A DNA stretch of 64,000 bases from Octopus sinensis (Eukaryota), in contig NC_043013.1 of assembly GCF_006345805.1 (NCBI RefSeq), forward strand, positions 56,420,001 to 56,484,000, given 5' to 3'. Below the pieces are notes generated by a model. That model was not told the origin of the DNA and made no database searches. It saw only the letters and a program-made list of their open reading frames with translations. Positions 40,933 through 51,468 of this stretch are shown piece after piece. The stretch's first letter is position 1, and every line of letters begins with the position of its first letter. The translations under genes were made by a program, and so were the position numbers.

Positions 40933-41123
40933 CGGAGTAAACACATAAATGTGAAACAAGGTGGAAAAAAGAGTACTCAAATACCAGTGGCAGAGTAATA
41001 TGCTTTATTTAAAGCAGCAGAAAATTCAACAAAACCTGTTACTCTGAGTTTCCCGTTGCAAATTTTACAACGGGAAACTCAGAGTAACAGGTTTTGTTGA
41101 ATTTTCTGCTGCTTTAAATAAAG
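40933..41123. mobile_element. Penelope-type mini-element ending in a 56-bp perfect fold-back, flanked by (TA)n
   Basis: 41003-41058 and 41068-41123 are exact reverse complements; contains GAAAC-TCAGA-GTA-ACAG, a hammerhead 3' half. Confidence 0.7.
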
Positions 41124-41664
41124 TATATATATATATATATAAAACTGAAGTTGTCTGTGCATGGCAGGTTTGGTGGCCTTCAACTAACACTATCTCCTCT
41201 GAGACTCTGCGGCGCAAGTTGACCAAAATAGAGAGAATGATAGAAGAAGGCTTGCTCTTCCTTCCTTCAAATCGGACCATGTTAACACCAAATATGATTT
41301 ACATCAAAAAGGTGCTTTTTTTTCTATGAAAATCCCTATTTGTTACGATTTTTTGATTGCTGTGTCGCCATTTTTCGGTGTATTTCAATCAGAGAAATAT
41401 TCACTTAAAGAGATTAACAAGCAAAATTTTTACTTTTCAAAATTCCAATTCTAAAGGGTAGGAACAAACCCGAGCAACGCCATATATATATACACACACA
41501 TATATATACACACACACACACACAACTACCAGTTAATGCTCGATTTCCCATGCTGGGGTATGAGGTGAATGGTCAACAAGCTGATTAGCCAGAGGATTGC
41601 TCTGAAGTCCATTGTCAGCTTTGGCATGGTTGCTACAGCTGGATGACCTTCCTAATATAATACC

Positions 41665-41884
41665 TATTTCTTTACTACACACAAGGGGCTAAACACAGAG
41701 AGGACAGACAAGGAGATTAAGTCGATTACATCAACCCCAGTGCGTAACTGGTACTTAATTTATTGACCCCGAAAGGATGAAAGGCAAAGTCGACCTCAGC
41801 GGAATTTGAACTCAGAACGTAACGGCAGACGAAATACGGCTACGCATTTCGTCCGGCATGCTAACGTTTCTGCCAGCTCGCCAC
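41665..41884 (-). mobile_element. SINE family B inserted into an older RTE tail, 16-bp TSD
   Basis: TTCCTAATATAATACC at 41649-41664 and 41906-41921. Confidence 0.9.
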
Positions 41885-43052
41885 TGTGCAGTGGTTGGTA
41901 TTATATTCCTAATATAATACCAGCCACTTCACAGAATGGACTGGGTGCTTCTATTTTTGTACCACCAGCATTAATAAGGTCGCAAAATACTCACAAGCCG
42001 AGACCTCTTCTCATTGGCATGTAACACTGAAGGTTGTGAAAATATGATCGAGGGATAGGACCATGTGCCTTGCAATGACATAAATACATGGCTTCCCCAG
42101 CCCGAGAGAGAAAGAGAGAGAGAGATTGTGAGGATGCAGCCTCATGGTGCAAGGTGGATACAAGAGAAAGAATAAGGAGAGAAAAGCAGAAAAAGTTGGG
42201 CTGGCAGATACGTGAGTTCACGTGAAAAGTAAGTGACAGATGATTGAATATGGAATCTGAGCTGGATGCAGCAAATATCAGTCTTGGAGGAGGAGAAATG
42301 AGGGAAATAGGAGCAGATGAGGGAGGAGGAGAAGGGGATAAAGGACACCTGAAGGGAGACAAAGTGAAGTGTTGGGAAATTAAACATCATTTCTAGCAGC
42401 TGAATGAGTTGTTCCATAGATAGGAGATTGATGGAGGGATGGCTGTTAGCTGAGGAACAGGAATTTGGAAATGGAGATCAGTTCTTTAGAGGCTGTAGAT
42501 GTTGTTGTTCCATTGGTAGTGCAACAGGAAAATAACTTTGGTTGCTTTTATATGATTCTCTGACCCAGCCACATGCTGTAAATAAAGAATGCCACCTGGC
42601 TAATTGGCCAGTAATTTATGTAACATATAGAATCTAAATTGCTATTTTCATTGAAACATTTTTCATTTTTGCCTTCACCAAAAGCAGTTTTTGTGAGAGT
42701 CATGATATTCTTTCCTTCTTCTGCTGGAATATTTGAAAAAGGAGCCACAGAGGTCAGAGATTCTCAACTAAAAAACAAAACAATATATAATAAAAAAAAC
42801 AAAACAATCTTTTCTTAAAACTGCATTATTAAGCTTTTAAAATTTGCTTTGTATCATCATCATCATCATCATTATTTAGTATTCATATATAGTCACACAC
42901 ACACACGCACACATTCTCTCGTGCACACATTCTCCCACACACACATTTGCTCGTAAACACACACACCTAAATGCTCACATGCACATACACACACATGCAA
43001 TGGACTAAACTTGTGAGTGTGGAGAATATTTTGTCATGGCAGTGTTGTAGAG

Positions 43053-43085
<33 letters not shown>

Positions 43086-44389
43086 TGCGTATGGACGGAC
43101 TGAGAGAGTGAGAGAGAGCAAGTAAGGAAAAAAGGGGGAGAGACTGTGAAAGACAGGAACATGGAAGAAAGAGTTAAGATAGATAAAGAGATAATTACAA
43201 AGAATGAAAGACAAGAGCAGATACATGAGCATACATGTGTGTGTGTGTGTGTGTGTGAGTGTATGTGCGTTGTGTGTGTGTTTGCGCTTACAGTTCTGTG
43301 TATGTTCACGTATTTGTGAAAGTAAGTTTGTGTGTGTGAAGTAAAAGAGAAAGAAAATATTCAGGATTTTCTGGGAAGCTTGATCGAACCAGATGTCAAA
43401 AGCGGTATTAGAATGTGTCACTACTACATCTTTGTTTTTGACAAGATTCCAGAGATTTTCGAATGTTTAGTTTTGAAGAGGAAATTAGGAAAGACTCAGC
43501 GATAATCGCATTTGTAAAACTTGTGTTTTTATTTCCACATTTAAACATTAATATTTCTACTTGAGTTGGATGTCTCTGCAAATAATAGACATTTCTGTGG
43601 ATTGCCAGAGATTGAATGGTTTACGGTTGGATGATCTTCTTAATTCTACTCACTTAACTGAAAGTTGAGAGTAGGGCTTCCTTCACCAACAGAGAATAGA
43701 TCTTGTTTAAGGTAGCACCACATCACAAGTATCGGGGGTTGAGGGAAAGTTTTCACTCCTTTGAATTACTATTCACCTGATATAACTCCACTTAGGTACA
43801 TATTGTGTCATAGCAACAACGTGTCAGTGTTACATATATGCACATGTATATATAACCTCACCGTTGTTGTCATCATCATCTTTTAATGTCCCTTTTTCCA
43901 TGCTGGCATAAGTTTCTACAGCTGGATGCCCTTCCTAATGCTGACCATTTAACAGAATGGACTGTGTGCTTTTTATGAGGCACAAGCACTGATGAGTTCA
44001 CCAAGTGCCCACAAGGTTAGACCCCTCAACTGAGTTGGGCCTGAGCAAGAGAAAGAAACTATGAAAGATGGAGAAGAGCAAATGTCTTGCTGATGACATG
44101 CATTCACATGAACGCATGTGCATACTCATACATATGCACACATTGGCATACATATACATGCATATATATATACATACACATGTACACATGCACACACATA
44201 TACACATATGCACACATATACATATACATACATCCATAGATGTAAATATATATATATATGTATATATATAGAAATAGTAAAAAGTGAAAAAACTACAGAA
44301 GGCTTGTTTTAAAAGGTTAAAGAATATATATTTAAGTCAATATGTCTGAAGAATATTATAAATTTTTTTCTTACAATGACATAGTTTAG

Positions 44390-44428
44390 AAGAAAGACCG
44401 GTTTCGCGTTTAGCTTTTCAAATTTCTT
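44390..44428 (-). ncRNA. decayed minimal hammerhead in the Penelope 3' tail
   Basis: AAGAAA-t-TTGAAAA-GC TAAAC GC-GAAAC-CG-GTC-TTTCTT; stems I and III and GUC retained, core mutated. Confidence 0.5.
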
Positions 44429-44537
44429 ACGTCGTTATGTTTATGTTTAGAAGAGTTATCGTTATGTTTATGTTGAAAAGAGTTCTAAATAAGGGGAGGT
44501 AATAAGTGATTTCTTCCGGTGTAAGGGAGATAATCGC

Positions 44538-45200
44538 TTAAATTTTTTTTCCTTTCCTTTGGGGTGAATTTCTCTGTATCAGTATGTTGGAATGGTTAAG
44601 TCTGGGCTTGTACTTTTCAATGAAGAATGTTTCCTTGTTTAGTCTAGTTTGTGTTGATGATCCGATAGCACATTGGTAAAATGGAAAGATTAAAAATTGT
44701 GGTAGTAGTTGCTTTGCGCATTTCTCAATGTGCTCACTAAAAGGTATCATTCTGTATTCCGGGAATGCAATCTGTTGTCGATGCAGTGTGCATCTACATC
44801 TGAGTGATAGTCCCGTGGATCCCATGTAGTCTTGGTGGCAGCCCGAGCATTTTATGACACAAATTATGTTTTCAGAGGCACAAGTAAAATTAGATTTGAT
44901 CTTGAATTTCTGTCCCTCTTTGAAGAAGAATTCTGATCCTTCTAGCAGGTTTGGACATGTTGCACAGTTCGGTCTACCACATTTTTTTACTTTTGCATCC
45001 GTAATTTCAGAAAACAATTTTGCCTTTGTGAGAATCTTTTTAAGTGATTTAGGTTGTTTGTAGCTTTTAATGATTTGGTGTATGTTTAGAATTTCCTTTA
45101 ATTTGGGGTCCTTATGAAGTATTGGTAAATTCTGGGTGATGATGGTGAAGTCTTCTTTGTTTCTGGGGTTGTATGTAGATATGTAAGGTATATTATTAAA
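44538..45200 (-). pseudogene. Penelope linker plus GIY-YIG endonuclease, uninterrupted 220-codon frame with no RT and no native start
   Basis: IPYISTYNP...YKQPKSLKKILTKAK...KCGRPNCATC...FTCASENIICVIKCSGCHQDYMGSTGLSLRCRCTLHRQQI...ETFFIEKYKPRLN; extends ORF 44538..45017 upstream to the stop at 45201-45203. Confidence 0.85.
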
Positions 45201-45354
45201 TTACATTGATCTAAGTCGTTCGATCCATGCCTGGCCATCCATTTTACTCTATAACAGACACACACACCAAGTAAATACAAGTGGCACTTAAAATTTGCTC
45301 TAGCAATTCTTGGCATCCTACAAGTTGATGCAAAATTTTATATATATATATATA

Positions 45355-45527
45355 TCTCCTTTTTTTTCTCTCTTTGTTTCTCTCCTTGTTTTTTCTGTGT
45401 CCCTTTCTGTAAAAGAGCGTAGGCTCGAAGCGTAAAAGACTTTTTCTATTCCTGAGCGTTATACTAATACATCTGTTTGTTTTGTACACCACCTGCCTTC
45501 GTCTTTTGTTTTTTCGTAAACTCTCCC
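45355..45527 (+). mobile_element. family E element, second copy (hammerhead-like motif at 45403-45438)
   Basis: CTTT-CTGTAAA-A-GAGC GTAG GCTC-GAAGC-GTA-AAAG; aligns with 24420-24586. Confidence 0.8.
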
Positions 45528-45528
45528 T

Positions 45529-45580
<52 letters not shown>

Positions 45581-45823
45581 ATTAATAATAGAAAATTAGG
45601 GTGATTCTTACAGTAGTAGAAAAGGAATTTTTAACTCCTATTTCTAAATTCTAAATGTGGTGAAGCAATTAACTGACCCTAATTATAATTATGTTTTTAA
45701 TTATAGAATATTTGAATATACATATATATATATATATATATATAATTGTTAAAGAGGACAACAAACGTTAAGGCAAGGCAAACATCTCAAGTCATATACA
45801 TTATTATCATCGGAAAAAATTCA

Positions 45824-45879
45824 GGCTTACAGCTGTTTCTGAGATATCCCAGAGTATGGGATATTCCATCATCAGAGAC
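45824..45879 (-). ncRNA. type I hammerhead ribozyme, intact core
   Basis: GTCT-CTGATGA-TGGAATATCCCA TACTC TGGGATATCTCA-GAAAC-AGCT-GTA-AGCC; stem II 12 positions with one mismatch, one mismatch in stem I. Confidence 0.7.
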
Positions 45880-46061
45880 AAATAGGGAAACGAGAAGAGT
45901 ATAGATTAATGAAATGACGACATAGAGGACATGAATAAAGGAATAAGAAGAAAAAAGAGAAGAAGAAAGAAGCATAAAAGTTATTTTTTCTTCTCTTTCT
46001 TCATCTCCTTATTCCTTTCTGTATTTCCTCTACGTCGTTTATCTCCTCGTTTTCTCTATTT

Positions 46062-46100
46062 GTTTCTGATGATGGAATATCGCAGAAACAGCTGTGAGAC
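46062..46100 (+). ncRNA. hammerhead, probably inactive (shortened stem II, GUG at the cleavage triplet)
   Basis: GTTT-CTGATGA-TGGAATATCGCA-GAAAC-AGCT-GTG-AGAC. Confidence 0.55.
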
Positions 46101-46402
46101 TTTGAATTTTTTTTTCCGGTAATAATAATGTATGACTTGAGATGTTTGTTGTCCTCTTTAGCAACTATATATTTGCTATATCGAAAATCTGCAATAGCTT
46201 CATAACTACTGTCTTGGCTATAGCCTTGGAGCCCTAGTAATCTGTTACAGCACTTACATAGCGTACCTAATCGTTTAGATCACCTGTGAACTAAACTCGC
46301 ATATTTTGTCTATATATATAGTTGTTTGTAGTATTACCTAAGCAAGCCCTCACAGAAAAACCTTGTTTTTGTACTGATGACACACCCAGTAACTAGATGT
46401 TA

Positions 46403-46635
46403 TGGCAGCAAGCTGGCAGAAACGTTAGCATGCCAGGTGAAATGCTTCGCAGTATTTCCTCTGCCACTATGTTCTGAGTTCAAATTCCGCTGAGGTTGAC
46501 TTTGCTTTCATCCTTTCGGGGTCAATAAATTAAGTACCAGTCACGCACTGGGGTCGATGTAATCGACTTAATCCGTTTGTCTTTCCTTGTTTGTCCTCTC
46601 TGTGTGTAGCCCCTTGTGGGCAGTAAAGAAATAAG
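46403..46635 (+). mobile_element. SINE family B whose 3' TSD is split by a mariner
   Basis: AGTAACTAGATGTTA at 46388-46402; the second copy is AG-TA (46634-46637) plus TA-ACTAGATGTTA (47927-47939). Confidence 0.85.
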
Positions 46636-46637
46636 TA

Positions 46638-47926
46638 CGAGGGGCGTTCAATAAGTAATGCCCCTGACCCACTTCCCATAGCAGTAGAGCAACGAAATTT
46701 GGCACAGTTATTAGTATTTTTCTACATAAAAACCACCCAGAGTTACGCATTTCTCCCATCGTTTGATGCAGCTCTGGAGACCGTTTTTATAGAAGACCCC
46801 AGCTTGGTCCTCCAACCACGACGTGACTTCGGAAATCAAGGCTGCATCATCTGGGAAACACTTTCCTTTCAAAAACAACTTCATGGCTGGGAAGAGGTGA
46901 AAATTAGAGGTGCAAGGTCAGGAGAGTAGGGTGATGGGGAGGAGTTCATAGCCGCATGCCTGTGCTTCTGATCTGGTGACACGCGAGTTGTGGACCGGAG
47001 CGTTGTCCTGCAGGAGGAGGATGCCTTTGCTGATCTTGCCCCGCCTCTTGATTTTGATAGCTTATCTTAATTTCCTCAAAAGTGAAGCATAATAGGCTCC
47101 TGTAATTGTGGTACCCTTTGCCAGGAAATCTGTCATCACTACTCCGTCCTGGTCCCAGAAGACTGTGAGCATGACTTTACCAGCGGAGGGCTGCACCCTT
47201 GCCTTCTTTGGAGGAGGTGAGTCACGGTGCTTCCACTGCATTGACTGGGCTTTGGTCTCTGGATCATAGTGATGGACCCAGGTTTCATCCTGTGTAATCA
47301 GACTTTTGAAAAATTTTGACTCATCTTCTTGGCACATCTCCAAATTCATCTTCGAGTACTCGATGCGTTCATGCTTCTGGAAAGGTGTGAGCAACCTGGG
47401 AATCCATTTGGCAGACACCTTTTGCATATGCAGATGGTCATGAATAATAGTTTCCACAGACCCGGTACTAATCTTGACCTCATGGGCTATTTGGCGAATA
47501 ATTATGCGTCGATCTTCCAAAATGGCAGCCTCAACTTGACGGACAGATGCCTCATCAATGGCAGAAGGGGGCGACCAGATCTGGGAGCTGTTTCCACAGA
47601 ATTCCGACCATGTTTGAATTCACGATGCCAGCGTTTTACAAGGTCATATGATGGGGCATCATCACCATAAGTTACTTTCATTTCATCAAAAGTCTTCCGT
47701 GGTGTGCGTCCTTTCAAATACAAAAACCGGATCACTGCTCGCCACTCAACAGGCTCCATTTCACACTTGACTCAGTTCAAACACCTGTAAATCAGAAACC
47801 ACAATTAGTTCAGAGCTGTAATGTGCCACTTAATCTATAGAGATATAAATAATTGCACATGCAAAATGTCAGCTGGATCAAACAACTGCAAGTGGGTCAG
47901 AGGCATTACTTATTGAACGTCCCTCG
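46638..47926 (-). mobile_element. full-length mariner (DD34D) transposon, 1289 bp, inactive transposase
   Basis: 37-bp TIRs with 2 mismatches (CGAGGGGCGTTCAATAAGTAATGCC...), TA duplication; ORFs 47502..47759 and 47062..47520 (WIPRLL, ITQDETW), then QDNAP; frameshift near 47565 and stop at 47062. Confidence 0.95.
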
Positions 47927-49753
47927 TAACTAGATGTTAAGCAAGTACTTACCCATATAAAATTCTAATCTTAGTTCCAGAGAAATTTACAATCTATAAA
48001 TTCGTGCTTCTCCTAAGATTAAATCAATTATCTATATTGAACCCTTGACCCCTGTATTTGTCCAGTGTTCCTTACCTATTGGAGGACTGAGTCAATTTCC
48101 CTTTACTGTTACAAAAGTGCATGAAATCAGAGAAGTACAAACACAGTTTTGGTTACCAGAAGGTACAGTTCTTTCTGCTTTGAGATGGAGATACTCAATG
48201 AACGTTTTCAGAGTAGATTGAACCTAGAAACACCACGGCTGCAAAGTAAAACTTCTTAACCTACATGTTGAGTAGGTGGGTTGAATTTGTAAGAATTTCA
48301 AAGCAAAATCTTGATGCATTCAAAGCAAGACTACTGTTTAATCAAAGATTAACTTGTTAATCTGTAAAGCCATAACATATCGACTGTGATAGTAAAACTA
48401 TAACTTATTAACGTATTCCACCAATACTTAAATTGGTAGCAACCATTCCATTGTCGACTGGAATTGCTGTATCTATTGCGTTATCATATGAAATGAATAA
48501 TTCCAGCAGACCTTTGTCTGCGTGGTCTCAATGTAAATGATATCTACAATGGTTAAATAGAACATATTGATGTTGGAATATGGAGAAGAATCCTTACAAG
48601 AGTCGAATTGATTTGTAGCGATAGGAAAATCTGTGAGTGATAAATGATAAATTTATTGATCTGTAACATCAAATACTGCCTTGTTCGAGAGAGACTGGAA
48701 GGAGAAATAAAACTACTTTGGTTTAATGAAGACTAAATCTCAAGTATGGCATTGGAATCTGCAGTTTGGCCTGGAACTTCAGCTTGTATGTAATGAGAGG
48801 AGGATTATTGGATGCGATTGAAAGAGATTTGCTATGCTAGGAAGGAAAATTGACAGAACACTTCTGAGGAATGGCTGGCCTTTTACAGGAATATCTGTTC
48901 TTCTACTTCTTCTCTTGCATCAGCACAACCCACACACCCCACCCCCAGCTGAGATAGCTTCCCAGCCAAAAACGGTTTTGGCTAGTAAATCAAAGTTGTA
49001 TTATTGGTAAATTGTGCCAATTCAATATTAGTGTGTGATCTGAAATTTTATGATTTCTGTATTTCTTATCAACATTGGCACAGTACCATTGAAAAAAAGT
49101 CATAATAAACACTTCCCTTTAGAAGACCCAAAAAGCTAGCTTAAAGAATATATATTGTTTGAACAGAGGTAAAAATGAAGCAACCTTTGAAGTGTCCACT
49201 CACACTGGAACCAGCTCATATTTGACCATCACTTTAAATGTCTGTTTGAAGTCACCAATAACATGACATTAAGTTAATAAACAAATGCTATATCAATTAT
49301 CAATATTTAACAATGCTAGGATATTTTGCAGCTATCACAGAATAATATATCCATTTTCATAGCTGTAGTTCTCCTGGGAATGGTGAAATTGCAAGTTTAA
49401 GCTGCATATGACCGACCTGTTTCAATGATGAAGTTCAATAACACTGAAACATGCATGTCTGTCACATTTTCGGTTAATAAACATCAGATATTTCCTGATG
49501 CATTTGAATTTAATATTTTAAAATTCATTCTTAATTTCTTAAAATTATCTCCTCTTTGCCTTCCCTAACTGTCACTAACAATTACCACTGGGTTTTTGTC
49601 CTGAGTTCAAATGCCACCGAGGTCAACTTTGCCTTTCATCCTTTCAAGGTTGGTAAAGTAAATGCCAGTTGAGCACTGGGGTCAGTGTAGACTTACCCAC
49701 TCACCTGAACTTGTTGGGGTGGTGCAAAAATTTGAAGCATTACTATTAATACT

Positions 49754-49790
<37 letters not shown>

Positions 49791-49844
49791 ATGGAAGAAA
49801 CAGTAGTATTAGTCTGCTCTTTTGTTCTTTTACTTGTTTCAGTC

Positions 49845-50228
49845 ATTTGACTGTGGTCATGCTGGAGCACCGCTTTTAGTTGAGCAAATCAACCCCAGGA
49901 CTTATTCTTTGTAAGCTTAGTACTTATTCTATCGGTCTCTTTTGCCGAACTGCTAAGTTACGGAGACGTAAACACACCAGCATCGGTTGTCAAGCGATGT
50001 TATGGGGACAAACACAGACATACAAATGTATACATGCACACATACATATATATATATGCATATATATACGACGGGCTTCTTTCAGTTTCCATCTACCAAA
50101 TCCACTCACAAGGCTTTGGTCGGCATGAGGCTATAGTAGAAGACACTTGCCCAAGGTACAATGTAATGGGACTAAACCCGGAACCATGAGGTTTGTAAGC
50201 AAGCTACTTATCACACAGCCACTCCTGC
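49845..50228 (-). mobile_element. SINE family A, near complete
   Basis: Reverse complement aligns with 8591-9008. Confidence 0.85.
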
Positions 50229-50427
50229 GTCTAGTTAATATTTGTTGGATTTTACTAACAAATATGGTGTTCTGTGAATGTATCTGTATGTGTGCGTATG
50301 TATACATATATTTATATAATCATCATAATTGACTCATATATATATGCACACATACACATGTATGCATATGTTTACATATATATATACATACATATACATA
50401 TGTATATGTATATATATACATACACAC

Positions 50428-50467
<40 letters not shown>

Positions 50468-50504
50468 GATGGACTCTTGGTTTCGACATATGAGGCTCAG
50501 ACAA

Positions 50505-51045
50505 CATACTCTTTCTTTGTCAGTCATAATGCTATGTCTAATGTGACATTTAAGTCCTGTCAACGATTTGCAAAGAAGGCCACAGATCCTGCAAGTAACA
50601 GGATTACTCCTTTGCCTTGTACCCCAAACCCTGTTAATGCTGCTTGCAACAAAATTACTAATACCCTTTTGATACAATGATCTCCATTTTATTTGCTCAA
50701 AAATGTTGGGATATATATTCATCTCTAAAGGGTTATTCTTCTTATATCTGAGTCATGGTCACCCAATATTCCTGTGCCCACTCTCAAGCTGGCTGCCCAT
50801 GAAGACTTTGGGTATTCTTTCATCATTCATCCTGATGACATGGCCAGCCCAGCACAACTGGGATTGCACAAGGATGCTCTCGATTCCACCAGTCTTACAC
50901 TTGCTAAACAGGCTGGCATTAGAAACTCTGTCTTTTAAGGAATAACTGCAGATTGTCCTCAGACAGCTTTTGTGGAAGATGTCTAGCTGGCAGATGTTGC
51001 TCCTTAACTGTGGTGAAGGCATCCCATCTTGGAGAGGGTAACTCT
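50505..51045 (-). mobile_element. RTE-BovB-like LINE 3' end (a different family from the other RTE copies)
   Basis: QLCWAGHVIRMNDERIPK and terminal CRICGLLCKSLTGLKCHIR zinc-finger-like motif. Confidence 0.8.
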
Positions 51046-51148
51046 GATCTATATATATATACATACACACACACACTTATTAAATAAAATGAGACAACAA
51101 AGCCAAGGCTGTGTGGAGTTTTCAGAACATTTATAAAAGAGAGAGCTA

Positions 51149-51196
51149 GTCTTACAGCCGTTTCTGGGATATTAGGGATATCTCTTCATCAGAGAC
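51149..51196 (-). ncRNA. type I hammerhead, intact core, weakened stem II
   Basis: GTCT-CTGATGA-AGAGATAT CCCTA ATATCCCA-GAAAC-GGCT-GTA-AGAC. Confidence 0.65.
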
Positions 51197-51420
51197 AATG
51201 TGAGATGGTTAAATAGAGGGAAGTATTTAGAGTTCAATATGAGGAGTTATTTTGGAAAGGAAGGAAATAAGGAGTATATAAGGAAATAGGAAAATGAATG
51301 TAGAAATGAAAATAAAAGTGTATAAAAATGTTTTAGTTGCAGTTCCATTATCCAAGGGGGGGGTGTTTAGAAGTGGTATATTGAACTCTAATATTTCCCT
51401 CTATTTAACCACCTCACATC

Positions 51421-51468
51421 GTCTCTGATGAAGAGATATCCCTAATATCCCAGAAATGGCTGTAAGAC
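51421..51468 (+). ncRNA. type I hammerhead, inverted partner copy
   Basis: GTCT-CTGATGA-AGAGATATCCCTAATATCCCA-GAAAT-GGCT-GTA-AGAC. Confidence 0.6.

Larger units (their letters stand above)
44330..45340 (-). mobile_element. 5'-truncated Penelope-like retroelement
   Basis: GIY-YIG frame plus 3' tail with a decayed hammerhead; (TA)n on both sides. Confidence 0.85.
45746..46312. mobile_element. Penelope-type fold-back element with two oppositely oriented hammerheads
   Basis: Imperfect inverted repeat 45746-46164; the extension shares AGCACTTACATAGC with the 51.6 kb element. Confidence 0.75.
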
